24,371 nucleotides of DNA from Okeania sp. (GCF_035285525.1 NZ_JAYKGW010000195.1:1-24371); one strand, 5' to 3'. Counted from the stretch's first letter, positions 8,448 through 17,728 are shown. The notes: a model not told the origin generated them from the sequence alone. A program made the numbers and translations.

Positions 8448-9005
8448 CTATTTAGACTTTTGCAAATATTCTAATCCTAAAAATATAGCTGCGATAGTTC
8501 CACAAACACTTATATCTCCCATTAAAACTCTCTGAATAACTTCAGCAATGGGTATTAAAATTACTTCAATTTCTTCTGTAACATCAAGCTCTTGTTCTTC
8601 AGATTTAATGACATTTTCAGCAATAAATAAATGAATAGAATTAGTATCTTTAACTGGATTATCATATAGACTTGCCAATTTAATTAACTTCTCAGCAACA
8701 TATCCAGTTTCTTCAGTAAGTTCTCTACTAGCAGCTACTTCAGCAACTTCTATTTTAGGATTAAAAGAACCTGCGGGTAACTCTAATAAAACTTGACCAA
8801 CTCCATGTCTATATTGACGGACAAAAACAATTTCTTGTTCAACAGTTACAGGAAAAACCAGAGCAATATCTGGTCTCACATTAATAAAGAAATCATCTAT
8901 AATTTTGCCATTCGGTAATTTAACTTCATCCTGTCTTACTTGACACCATTTATTATTAATTACTAACCTAGATTGTAAAATTTTCCATTTTTTTAAATCA
9001 GTCAT
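8448..9005 (-). CDS. NUDIX hydrolase (ADP-ribose pyrophosphatase-like)
   Basis: 185 aa. The Nudix box is GSFNPKIEVAEVAASRELTEETGY (G-x5-E-x7-REL.EE.G). The overall layout is typical of NudF-like proteins. Confidence 0.88.
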   Translation of the reverse strand: MTDLKKWKILQSRLVINNKWCQVRQDEVKLPNGKIIDDFFINVRPDIALVFPVTVEQEIVFVRQYRHGVGQVLLELPAGSFNPKIEVAEVAASRELTEETGYVAEKLIKLASLYDNPVKDTNSIHLFIAENVIKSEEQELDVTEEIEVILIPIAEVIQRVLMGDISVCGTIAAIFLGLEYLQKSK

Positions 9006-9026
9006 TTCAGTTATCAGTTATCAATA

Positions 9027-9184
9027 CCTCCTACTTAAGGTTTTATGAAAAAGTATTTTTTTAGGTAGAGAAGTTGTATTCAGCCTCCATCAAATCAGTT
9101 ATAAGTTCACAGTATCTTCTACTTAATATTTTCTAAAAAAGTATTTTTTTTAGTTAGGTAAGTTGTACTCAACCTCGATAAAAA
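9027..9184. repeat. Two tandem truncated copies of the MITE 5' end (~70 nt units)
   Basis: Unit 1 (9027-9094) is cctcctacttaaggttttatgaaaaagtatttttttaggtagagaagttgtattcagcctc. Unit 2 (9114-9184) is atcttctacttaatattttctaaaaaagtattttttttagttaggtaagttgtactcaacctc. Both resemble the head of 9504-9690 (ctacttagggtttgctaaaaaagtcttttttaagg). Confidence 0.65.
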
Positions 9185-9503
9185 TTCACTAGGAAAAAGA
9201 AATTATAGAAGAGTATTTTAATATTTTATCCCTTGATTTTTCGGGAATAAATTATTCTAGTTTTTTCGAGTTTAGCAAACAAAAATTGTGTTATACTAAA
9301 TCCGGTTATCAAAAGCTACTTTTCCAAATCATTTTCAACCCTTCTGCTTTCTGCTTTACTCTTCTAATCAACCTCATATTTAAACCTGATTTATCAGTAC
9401 ATTAGGCAAAATTAATTACCTAATTTTATCCCTAAATTTAGAGAGAATATAGAGTTTTAATTTTAGATGCAGAGATCGACTATAATTCATCAACCAGCAC
9501 TAC

Positions 9504-9690
9504 TTAGGGTTTGCTAAAAAAGTCTTTTTTAAGGAAATCCGGTGATAGGGTAATAGGGTGATAGGGAATAAATTTTTTTGCCCAACTATGCGCCCAAAAT
9601 GCTCTCTTTTTTTTTATTTTTAACCGATTTCTCACCGAACCTTACCGTGCATAAATAGCTTAAACAAGCAGAATTTTTTACACTCTAAAA
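9504..9690. mobile_element. MITE-like repeat, TTAGGGT family (copy C3, degenerate right end)
   Basis: It starts ttagggtttgctaaaaaag and ends ...aaacaagcagaattttttacactctaaaa, which is homologous to the tails of C1 and C2. It contains the internal heptamer-like run ggtgatagggtaatagggtgataggg. Confidence 0.6.
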
Positions 9691-9748
9691 AGGCTAAATT
9701 TTTTATCTGTAAACGTTTTTATGTCTAATCAGCAAGCACTACTTTAAC

Positions 9749-9907
9749 TTAGGGTTTTCTCAAAAAAGCAAAGTGTGAATAAGCATAGGAAAACAAACAA
9801 AATAGAAGGAAAAGTTGTTCCTTTATTTTTCTGCCATAGTCGCCCCAAAATACTGACTTTTTAAAGTTTTAGACTGAAACAGGCGCACTTTATTTCAACC
9901 CTAAAAA
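9749..9907. mobile_element. MITE-like repeat, TTAGGGT family (copy C2)
   Basis: It runs from ttagggttttctcaaaaaagcaaagtgtg to gaaacaggcgcactttatttcaaccctaaaaa. The termini are TTAGGGTT / AACCCTAA. The interior is collinear with 8001-8148. Confidence 0.65.
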
Positions 9908-10078
9908 GGTAAGCATTTCCTGCGGAATGCTGAATCCTTACCTAAAAAGATTAAAGTCTTTATTCAGATTAAAAAGCTGTAAAAAAAATCTTAACTGAAC
10001 TATATTTATCAATAAACTAATCTACCTTTCTTGTTTCCTCTTCCTTCTTTTTTCCTGCCTACTCCCTACTCCACTAAA

Positions 10079-11572
10079 TTAAAAATTTAACCACTGTATT
10101 ACCATCTTTGGTGCAGGCAATAAAATTATTACCAATAAACCCAACATTAACAATCCCAAAAAGTCACGTTTATCATCTAATTCACTAACATCATTAAGAG
10201 CAGGTTCATCAGCAAGAGGAAGTAAAAATAAAAAGATTGCTAAAAATAAAAATTCCGGATTTATTAAAGCTAATACTAATAACAAAAAACGGGAAATTTG
10301 ACCAATAACCATACCAGTACGTTGCCCAAACATCGCGTGTACAATATGACCACCATCAAGTTGCCCAATAGGCATTAAATTATATGCAGTAAATACTACA
10401 CCTATATAACCTGCCACTGCAACTGGATGTAAATCTATACCTTTATTAGCAGTTAATTCCGCACCTAATGCCAACTTACTTAATACAGCCAATAAAAAAG
10501 AAAAAGTTGGATTTAATGAATCAATAGATAACATTCCTGAACTTTCCGATAAAGGAACTATATCAGAGTGAAATAAACCCCAAATTAATAATGGTATCGT
10601 AACTACAAATCCAGCTATCGGACCCGCTATACTAACATCAAATAAAGATTTACGATTAGGTACAGGACTTTGCATTCTAATAAATGCACCAAAAGTTCCT
10701 AAGAAAAACGGTATGGGAATAAAATATGGTAAACTACTATGAATTTTGTATAATTGAGCTGTTATATAATGACCTAATTCATGGCATCCTAAAATCAAAA
10801 TCAAAGCAATGGCATAAGGCAAACCTTGAATTAACAAACTAGGGTTATATTGGATGGCTTTTTCAGAAATACCAACTATTTCTCTCGCCCCTACCAATGT
10901 AGTAGTAAATAAAGTTATTAATAATAACCCTAAAGCCAAGATTATTGGTCTTTTATATTCCTCATACTCTTGACTTTGAGTATTGCTAGAATGTGGATTA
11001 GGAACTAAAGCAAAAAAAGGCTTACCTTGAAAACTATTTTGAAATACTACTAAAAAGCGATCGCCAAATTTTCCTTTGACATTTTCTCGTACTGTTTGAT
11101 AAGCTTCTTCTGGATTCGAGCGTAACTGACCTCGACAAATAACCGCTTGAGGTCTATACTCTAAATTTCGTAGATAGTAAACTGTCCAAGGAAAACAATT
11201 TCGTAGATTTATTTCCTCAGTTTTGTCTATTGCCAGTTTTGGTACAGTTTGGTTGATAGTTTCACTAGGGTCAATTTCTGGTTTACTCTGAGAATTACTA
11301 TTTTCTGTTTTTGATTTATCTAACTCACTAGGAGTATAACGTCCCCATTGCAGTAATAACCAATACAAATAAGGACAAAAAATAAAGGGGATAATAACTA
11401 ATCCTAGTGGCGGTTGCTTTTCACCATAAACAAAAGTCCAAGTCGTCCAGATTAAAGCTGGTGTCATCATAATCAGCCATAATATCCAAATAGGAGTGCG
11501 AGTAATTTTACTTACACTACGCTGCAACATATAATATGTAATTAACCCTAATAAAATTAATAAAAAAAGCAT
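10079..11572 (-). CDS. Site-2 protease family (peptidase M50) integral membrane metalloprotease, EGY-like
   Basis: 497 aa and polytopic. The zinc motif HELGHY lies in a TM helix. A downstream NLMPIGQLDGGH (LDG) motif and the N-terminal CFPW..YY region match plant and cyanobacterial EGY-type S2P. Confidence 0.88.
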   Translation of the reverse strand: MLFLLILLGLITYYMLQRSVSKITRTPIWILWLIMMTPALIWTTWTFVYGEKQPPLGLVIIPFIFCPYLYWLLLQWGRYTPSELDKSKTENSNSQSKPEIDPSETINQTVPKLAIDKTEEINLRNCFPWTVYYLRNLEYRPQAVICRGQLRSNPEEAYQTVRENVKGKFGDRFLVVFQNSFQGKPFFALVPNPHSSNTQSQEYEEYKRPIILALGLLLITLFTTTLVGAREIVGISEKAIQYNPSLLIQGLPYAIALILILGCHELGHYITAQLYKIHSSLPYFIPIPFFLGTFGAFIRMQSPVPNRKSLFDVSIAGPIAGFVVTIPLLIWGLFHSDIVPLSESSGMLSIDSLNPTFSFLLAVLSKLALGAELTANKGIDLHPVAVAGYIGVVFTAYNLMPIGQLDGGHIVHAMFGQRTGMVIGQISRFLLLVLALINPEFLFLAIFLFLLPLADEPALNDVSELDDKRDFLGLLMLGLLVIILLPAPKMVIQWLNF

Positions 11573-11597
11573 AATAGTTTACTGATTTTTGTCCATT

Positions 11598-11633
11598 TCT
11601 AATTAAATTAAGTGTAAGTCTAATTAAGTTAAG
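11598..11633. promoter_or_regulatory. Direct repeat TCTAATTAA(A/G)TTAAG x2 in a 70-bp divergent intergenic region
   Basis: 11598-11612 tctaattaaattaag and 11619-11633 tctaattaagttaag have starts 21 bp apart. They lie between the divergently oriented S2P (start 11572) and MBL-fold (start 11643) genes. A regulatory role is inferred only. Confidence 0.3.
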
Positions 11634-11642
11634 AATACTGCC

Positions 11643-12320
11643 TTGACACAACAGCCTTCTGTATCGAAACTTCCCCATCCCCAATGTATCCTAGAAAATA
11701 TTTTTGCTTTTGCACCAAATCGGGATACTCTAGGAGGAACCTCCTATTTTATTGTAGAGAATCAGACCAACATTCTGATTGATTGTCCTGCTGATCATGA
11801 AACAAATCAAAAATTTATCATGGCACAGGGAGGAGTCAAATGGTTGTATATCACCCATCGTACTGCTATTGGCAAAGCCAAGGAGTTTCAAACAGCCTTC
11901 AAATGTGATATTCTCATCCAAGAACAAGAGGCTTATTTATTACCTGGACTAAAAGTAACAACTTTTGAGCATGAGTTTAATTTAAGTCCACATACTCATG
12001 TTTTTTGGACTCCTGGTCATTCTCCGGGTTCATCTTGTCTGTATTATTCCCGAAATCGAGGAGTATTATTTACAGGTCGTCATTTATTGCCGAATAGTCA
12101 AGGGGAACCTGTTCCGTTGCGTATAGCTAAAACTTTCCATTGGTCTAGACAACTTCAAAGTGTTAGATTCTTGATAGATAAATTTTCTACAGAAAATTTA
12201 CAGTATATTTGCCCTGGTGCTAATACTGGTGCCCTGAGAGGTAAGCGAGTAATTGACTCAGCTTATGATAGGTTGGCATATTTAGATTTAGAGAATTTTA
12301 AATTTAAGTCATTATTCTGA
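11643..12320 (+). CDS. MBL-fold (metallo-beta-lactamase superfamily) protein with a degenerate metal-binding motif
   Basis: 225 aa with a TTG start. MBL-like blocks are NILIDCP, WLYITHRTAIGKA (in place of HxHxDH), TPGHSPGS and LFTGRHLL (in place of the usual LFTGD). Confidence 0.7.
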   Translation: MTQQPSVSKLPHPQCILENIFAFAPNRDTLGGTSYFIVENQTNILIDCPADHETNQKFIMAQGGVKWLYITHRTAIGKAKEFQTAFKCDILIQEQEAYLLPGLKVTTFEHEFNLSPHTHVFWTPGHSPGSSCLYYSRNRGVLFTGRHLLPNSQGEPVPLRIAKTFHWSRQLQSVRFLIDKFSTENLQYICPGANTGALRGKRVIDSAYDRLAYLDLENFKFKSLF

Positions 12321-12832
12321 TTTACTTAACTATAGCAATCCTATTTAATTCCTATACAAAATTTTATTACTTTTAGGAAATGCTTAACTAGGAAAAGGTG
12401 AGGATTTCAGTTTTTTTATATCAATCCTAAATAGGTTGTAATATTTTTTTGATTTATAGTTTTTCCTGACAAATAATTTCATATTAATGCTTAAACATTG
12501 TCGTTATTTATAATAGATAAATTATTGGGCACTTCTCAATTTTCAAGAAAGCTAAAAAACTTTTTCAGCAAACCCTAATTACAACAGAGTAATGACTATA
12601 AAATTGATAATTATACTGCCAGTCCAAGATACTTCTACTGCCTTGCTTGAACCAAAATCATAATCTACCACCAATATTTTTGGTCAAAATAATGGCGATT
12701 TTAACTTAATAAAATCTATTTTGGCATAATTATTGTGGAATTTCAATTTAAGGATAAATTTTTTTGAGAACTTAGTTCCCTCAATTGGTAAAATAAGACT
12801 TAGCAATTAAGAATTAAAGATTACAATAGCCT

Positions 12833-13297
12833 ATGACAACTGTTACTACTTATCCTAATGCCCCAGATTTATCTCCTGATGATTATTTAGTTGTTGGTTT
12901 AGCAACTTGCTTTGTTAAAGAAGATGGAGAAGTTTATCAAGTAAAAATTGTTGAACCAATACCCTCAGCAGCTCTCGAAGCTATTGTTAAAGGAATACCA
13001 ACCTCTTATGAAATAGCTTGTGGGACAACTTTGGGTAAAGTATTATCTGGAGAAACACCAATACTACCTACAGATTTTCCTCCAGAAGCTCAATTTTCTG
13101 ATAATTTTGCAGATAGAGCGATCGCTGCTACTCGCACATATAAAATTCATCCAGAAGCTGAGTCTTTAATTCCTCTAGGAAGTTATTATGATCAACTAAA
13201 TTATTCTTTAGAACGTAAGCGAATATTAAATGCCGAAAATATTGTCAGTTCAGAAGACAATGTGAAGCAACACGAATATACTCACAAAGTTCTTTAA
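12833..13297 (+). CDS. Hypothetical protein (probably a conserved cyanobacterial protein; family not recognised)
   Basis: 154 aa ORF with non-repetitive, balanced composition. It contains a HIP1 site (13118-13125), as the other genuine CDSs here do. It stands alone on the + strand. Confidence 0.6.
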   Translation: MTTVTTYPNAPDLSPDDYLVVGLATCFVKEDGEVYQVKIVEPIPSAALEAIVKGIPTSYEIACGTTLGKVLSGETPILPTDFPPEAQFSDNFADRAIAATRTYKIHPEAESLIPLGSYYDQLNYSLERKRILNAENIVSSEDNVKQHEYTHKVL

Positions 13298-13809
13298 TTA
13301 TAAAATTATTTAGCTTTCAGCTATCAATTTCAGCTATTGTTTTTAGTTGGATTGGAGACAACCACTTTATTAATTCGGTTATCTCTAAATCTAAATATAT
13401 AATTCAGCTCAAAAAAATATAATATATTTATCTAAACCTTTCCCTTAGGGTTGATATATTATTACTAATATGGCAATCCTAAATAGTTGGTGATATTTTA
13501 TCGTATGATTTTGGTATCCCAAGCAGAACAAAAGTTGAATTTAAAAAAACAAACCAGTTTTTCATCAAGTTTATTTCGGAATAATGACAACTTTCAAACG
13601 ATCAAATTTTGGCATCTCAATAATCTTATTTGTTAGGTTTATAGATCGTAACAACCAGTGCTATAAATCACTTATGATTTAGTTAGTATATCTGACAGCT
13701 AATAGCTATGTCGCAATACTCTGAAAAAATGCTTACCTTGTTGAAATAATTTTTTTTATTAAGTAAGAATTAGCAAAAATTACAGTCATCTAAAATTAGG
13801 TATTTAATT

Positions 13810-14370
13810 ATGATAAAACTTTATGGTGGCGCTCGTAGTCGAGCCTCAATTATTCATTGGTATCTTGAAGAAATAGAAGCTAGCTACGAATTTATCACTC
13901 TTGATATGCAGTCAGAAGAACATCTCAAAGCAGATTTTTTAAATATTAATCCAATGGGAAAAGTACCTGCTATTGTAGATGAAGAATTTAAACTTTGGGA
14001 GTCTGGCGCTATTTTATTATATTTAGCTGAAAAATATGGTAAAATGCCTGATTCTTTAGAAAAGAAAGCCGAAATTTTTCAGTGGGTATTATTTGGTAAT
14101 GCTACTCTCGGACCGGGAATTTTTATGGAAGCAACTCGCGAAAAAGAAACTCCCCGTTTATTAACTCCATTGAATAAAATTTTCGAGAATCAACCTTATT
14201 TAATGAGTGAAGAATTAAATGTAGCAGATGTAGCAGTAGGTTCAATTTTAGCCTATATTCCGATGATGTTAAAATTGGATTTAACTTCTTATCCTGCTGT
14301 TTTAGAATATATTAAACGAATTTCTGAAAGACCAGCTTTTCAAAAGACAATTGCTAATCCTTCTAAATAA
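13810..14370 (+). CDS. Glutathione S-transferase
   Basis: 186 aa. The N-terminal thioredoxin-like GST fold shows MIKLYG.....S....W.LEE, INPMGKVPAIVDEEFKLWESGAILLYLAEKYG and a C-terminal helical domain ending ...RPAFQK. Confidence 0.9.
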   Translation: MIKLYGGARSRASIIHWYLEEIEASYEFITLDMQSEEHLKADFLNINPMGKVPAIVDEEFKLWESGAILLYLAEKYGKMPDSLEKKAEIFQWVLFGNATLGPGIFMEATREKETPRLLTPLNKIFENQPYLMSEELNVADVAVGSILAYIPMMLKLDLTSYPAVLEYIKRISERPAFQKTIANPSK

Positions 14371-14777
14371 TTAATAATGAATAATGGATAATTAATAATT
14401 ACCTCTGATCAAAACTGAGAGGATGAGAATAAAGTACAGAAATTTTACCAAAAGAAAGAGGTATAAAGCCTCCCGTCTTAAGCAAGGAGATGAAAAAAAT
14501 TAACTCAGTATTCAGTATTTCAAGTCTCCAAATTTAGCCAGATGTTTACTCTCTACTGATAACTGAACTGAAATGACTTCTTTTCTTTTCTATTTTTAAA
14601 AGCAGAGACTTTGAATCTGTGATGATTTAATTATCAATTATCAACCTATCCCACTATTCTAAAAATACTTATTTATTTGAGTAAAATTTACCAGAAAAGC
14701 TTGATTTCTTGTTTTTAGTCATCACAATACTGATTAAACTTTTTAGCAAAAACATTATTAGACATCTTCAGAAAAGA

Positions 14778-14824
14778 GGGAACGCTTAACTGGGAACGCT
14801 TAACTGGGAACGCTTAACTGGGAA
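14778..14824. repeat. 14-mer tandem repeat (GGGAACGCTTAACT x3.4)
   Basis: Three perfect units at 14778-14791, 14792-14805 and 14806-14819 are followed by a partial gggaag. A related inverted copy is at 18071-18097 (reverse complement gggaacacttaactgggaacagggaag). Confidence 0.9.
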
Positions 14825-15045
14825 GAATAATTGATAATTTCTGGATCGGAATTGATTTTAATTTTTATTTATGGAAAGGTCTATTAGTAGGACAGCTTAA
14901 ATTATTAGAGTTGTTTGGAAATAAAAAATTAAAATGCTAAAAAGCTTACTATATAAAGCTTTCAGGATTTTAGAGACAAATGTCGCTATAAACCTTTACC
15001 GATAGGGGTTTTAGCCATTTTTTGGACTGAGTTCCCAACAACTCT

Positions 15046-15075
15046 ATTAATTATTAATTATTAATTATTAATTAT
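15046..15075. repeat. Heptamer tandem repeat (ATTAATT x4)
   Basis: attaatt attaatt attaatt attaatt at is read directly. It lies just right of a 13-bp inverted repeat pair (tagagttgtttgg at ~14918 and ccaacaactcta at ~15035). Confidence 0.8.
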
Positions 15076-15175
15076 CTACATAGCTATCAGCTTCCCAAAT
15101 TATCATTTTAGCAATATTGCTAATAATAGAATAATTTAGAATGGAAGCTAATAGCCATATTTAGAGAATTTATTT

Positions 15176-15313
15176 TTATCTGAAACCTACTGCTGCTTGC
15201 CAAACAAAAGCTAGCAACAAGAAGAAAACAGGAATTACTGGTAAAACATCAACTAACGGATCAAAAATTGAATAAGCTTCAGGCAACTTTGCCAATAACA
15301 TTGCTAATTCCAT
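15176..15313 (-). CDS. psbK: Photosystem II reaction centre protein K (PsbK); absent from the supplied ORF track
   Basis: Own codon-by-codon minus-strand translation gives [45 protein letters not shown], 45 aa. This is near-identical to canonical cyanobacterial PsbK ([30 protein letters not shown]). Confidence 0.95.
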   Translation of the reverse strand: MELAMLLAKLPEAYSIFDPLVDVLPVIPVFFLLLAFVWQAAVGFR

Positions 15314-15604
15314 AAAATCAACCTACCTTTTTCCACAAAAAAATTTTATGATATTAAGTATATCTTAAAGATGAGCCATTAACATAAAAGTTTATCTACT
15401 CAATTCTAAACTCTCAACTAATAAAAATATTGGCCTTGCTAAATGCGACGATATATTTTTGAGGGACAAAAATATCTTAAAACTTGAAATAGTGAATTAA
15501 ATGCTTAAGCATTTATACTAACTAGGAATAATACAAAATCTTGGGACTTAATCAAGCTAAAATGTATACCATTAATTTGGACGGAATATTGAATAAAGTA
15601 AAAA

Positions 15605-15742
15605 ATGTCTAAGCAAGAACCAAATCAGTGGTTGAAGTGGATATGTTCAAGTCAAAATTTTGATGAATTAGTTCAAAACTATGACCAATGGGCAGATATA
15701 TATGAAACAGATATTGAGGAAGTATGGAAACCAGTACCTTAA
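15605..15742 (+). pseudogene. 45-codon ORF resembling the N-terminus of a class I SAM-dependent methyltransferase (possible gene remnant or small ORF)
   Basis: The translation MSKQEPNQWLKWICSSQNFDELVQNYDQWADIYETDIEEVWKPVP* carries the ..EL...YD.WA..YE.D pattern common at methyltransferase N-termini. It stops before any SAM-binding motif, 21 nt upstream of the next gene. Confidence 0.3.
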
Positions 15743-15763
15743 AGTTGGGAATTTACTTTAATA

Positions 15764-16876
15764 ATGCACAATGTAACAATATTGGGAGCTGGAAAAATTG
15801 GATCGGCGATCGCCAAGCTCTTACATTACAGTGAGGATTATACCATACTGGTTGGTGATAGAGAACCTCAAGCTTTAGAAAACTTAACAGCATCTTGGCC
15901 AGTCAATACTTTTGTTATAGATGTGACTGATGAAACTGCTTTGACAAAAAAACTAGAAGGCCAAGATTGCGTTGTCTCTGCTTGTTCCTATGAGGTAAAT
16001 CCTATTATTGCCCGTGCTGCTGCTCAAGCTGGAGTTAGTTATTTTGACCTAACTGAAGATGTAGAAACTACCAATGCAGTTCGCTCTATTGCGGAAACAA
16101 CTTCTAATAATTCTATTTTTGTACCCCAATGTGGACTAGCTCCTGGTTTTATCGGTATCCTTGCCCATCACTTGTGTAGTAATTTTGACAAACTTGATGC
16201 AGTAAAAATGCGTGTGGGTGCTTTGCCCCAATACCCATCTAATATGATGATGTACAACCTCACCTGGTCTACAAAAGGTCTAATTAATGAATACTGTAAT
16301 CCTGGAGAAGCTATTCTTAATGGTTGTAAAATTGAAGCATTACCTTTAGAAGAAGTAGAGCATTTTTCTGTAGATGGAGTAAATTACGAAGCATTTAATA
16401 CTTCAGGTGGTTTAGGAACTCTTTGCGAAACTCTTGAAGGCCAAGTTCAGACCCTTAACTATAAGACGATCCGTTATCCTGGTCATCAATATCTAATAAA
16501 ATTTTTAACCAATGAATTAGGTTTAAGCGATCGCCGGGAACTGCTGGAAGAAATATTGGAAAATTCTATCCCTATTACTAAGCAAGATGTGGTAATTATC
16601 TTTTGTACAGTAACTGGTTGGAAAAATGGTCATCTTCAGCAAATTAGTGATGTCCGCAAAATTTATCCCCTTAATTTGTATGGAGAAAACTGGAGTTCTA
16701 TCCAGCTTACAACTGCTTCCTCTCTTTGTGCTGTATTAGATATGTATCTTAATGGAAAAATTACCCACAGTGGTTTCCTTAAACAAGAGGATATTAGCTT
16801 AGATACCTTCCTGAACAATCGTTTTGGTTGTTACTATGCCCAGAAAGATAGAAATCTAGTAGCTCCTGGTATATAA
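15764..16876 (+). CDS. Saccharopine dehydrogenase family NAD(P)-binding oxidoreductase
   Basis: 370 aa. The N-terminal Rossmann motif is VTILGAGKIGSAIA. The central GLAPGF and the C-terminal domain are typical of the Sacchrp_dh family. Two HIP1 sites lie inside. Confidence 0.85.
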   Translation: MHNVTILGAGKIGSAIAKLLHYSEDYTILVGDREPQALENLTASWPVNTFVIDVTDETALTKKLEGQDCVVSACSYEVNPIIARAAAQAGVSYFDLTEDVETTNAVRSIAETTSNNSIFVPQCGLAPGFIGILAHHLCSNFDKLDAVKMRVGALPQYPSNMMMYNLTWSTKGLINEYCNPGEAILNGCKIEALPLEEVEHFSVDGVNYEAFNTSGGLGTLCETLEGQVQTLNYKTIRYPGHQYLIKFLTNELGLSDRRELLEEILENSIPITKQDVVIIFCTVTGWKNGHLQQISDVRKIYPLNLYGENWSSIQLTTASSLCAVLDMYLNGKITHSGFLKQEDISLDTFLNNRFGCYYAQKDRNLVAPGI

Positions 16877-17023
16877 TTAATTTTGACCTAAAAATTTGGG
16901 TAGTTCGGCCTCCTAATTTTCATAGAATAAAAAAAGAAGATTCTGTGGGATATTGATAACTGAAATGAACTATATACAAAAATCCTATTTGTATTGTGAA
17001 AATATCGTCCTATCTACCTTGAT

Positions 17024-17656
17024 TTATAAATCTCGATTTTGACTGCCTTTTTTACCAGAGTCTAACCAAATCGAAATCGAAATCCAAGCCAATACCAAAA
17101 CTAAAGCAACTATACCAAATTCTGCCACCCAACTGACTAATTTTTCCAGAGGTACAACTTGTCCCACAAAAAAGGATAAACTTACCATTGTTAATGCCCA
17201 AATAGTTGCACCCGCAAAATTACATAATAAGAATTTCCAATAAGGCATTTGAGCTATGCCAGCGAAAGGTCCAGCAAAAATTCGTAACAAAGTAACAAAC
17301 CTACCAAAGAATACTGCCTGAGCTGCATTTTTACTAAACTGATTTTTCACATCTATCAGTTTTGTTTCCTGAACCCGAAATATTTTACCTAACCGCAACA
17401 TCAATGGCCAACCGCCATACTTGCCAACCAAATATCCACAACTATCTCCAAATACAGCACCCATAATAGCACAACTCAATACATATTTATAAGTCAATTC
17501 TCCATTACCAGCCAGAAATCCACCTACAAGTGTTATGGTCTCTCCAGGTAAAGGGATGCCTGCATTTTCTAAGGCTATTCCTAAAAAAACAGCTAAATAA
17601 CCATATTTATGGGCTATAAACTGAATTGTTTCTAAGGATACAAACTCTAAAGACAT
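17024..17656 (-). CDS. DedA / VTT-domain family membrane protein
   Basis: 210 aa. It begins YGYLAVFLGIALENAGIPLPGE, contains the typical DedA motifs F(G)RF..LLR.F....AG and has 4-5 TM segments. Confidence 0.88.
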   Translation of the reverse strand: MSLEFVSLETIQFIAHKYGYLAVFLGIALENAGIPLPGETITLVGGFLAGNGELTYKYVLSCAIMGAVFGDSCGYLVGKYGGWPLMLRLGKIFRVQETKLIDVKNQFSKNAAQAVFFGRFVTLLRIFAGPFAGIAQMPYWKFLLCNFAGATIWALTMVSLSFFVGQVVPLEKLVSWVAEFGIVALVLVLAWISISIWLDSGKKGSQNRDL

Positions 17657-17728
17657 TAGACGTTAAACTATAAACATAATCAATAAATTTATCATTTTTT
17701 ATATTTTACTATCAGGTTAAGTGCTTAA

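Noticed and set aside
9006-10078. Possible CRISPR array, suggested by the repeated cttagggttt...aaaaag heads
   Set aside because: The repeat units are long (70-190 nt), diverged and irregularly spaced (about 87, 390 and 245 nt). They share homology beyond the head, and no cas genes are present. They behave as MITE copies.
11730-11927. 65-aa minus-strand ORF from the track
   Set aside because: It lies entirely antisense within the well-supported MBL-fold CDS, with no motif or ribosome-binding site. It is most likely a shadow ORF.
14371-14440. Rho-independent terminators after the GST gene (cctct...agagg), the STAS gene (gctaatt-acaga-aattagc at ~19093-19111) and the ycf66-like gene (agaaatagaatttct at ~5701-5715)
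   Set aside because: The stems are short (5-7 bp), AT-rich and lack a convincing downstream U-tract. This is not enough support to annotate them as terminators.
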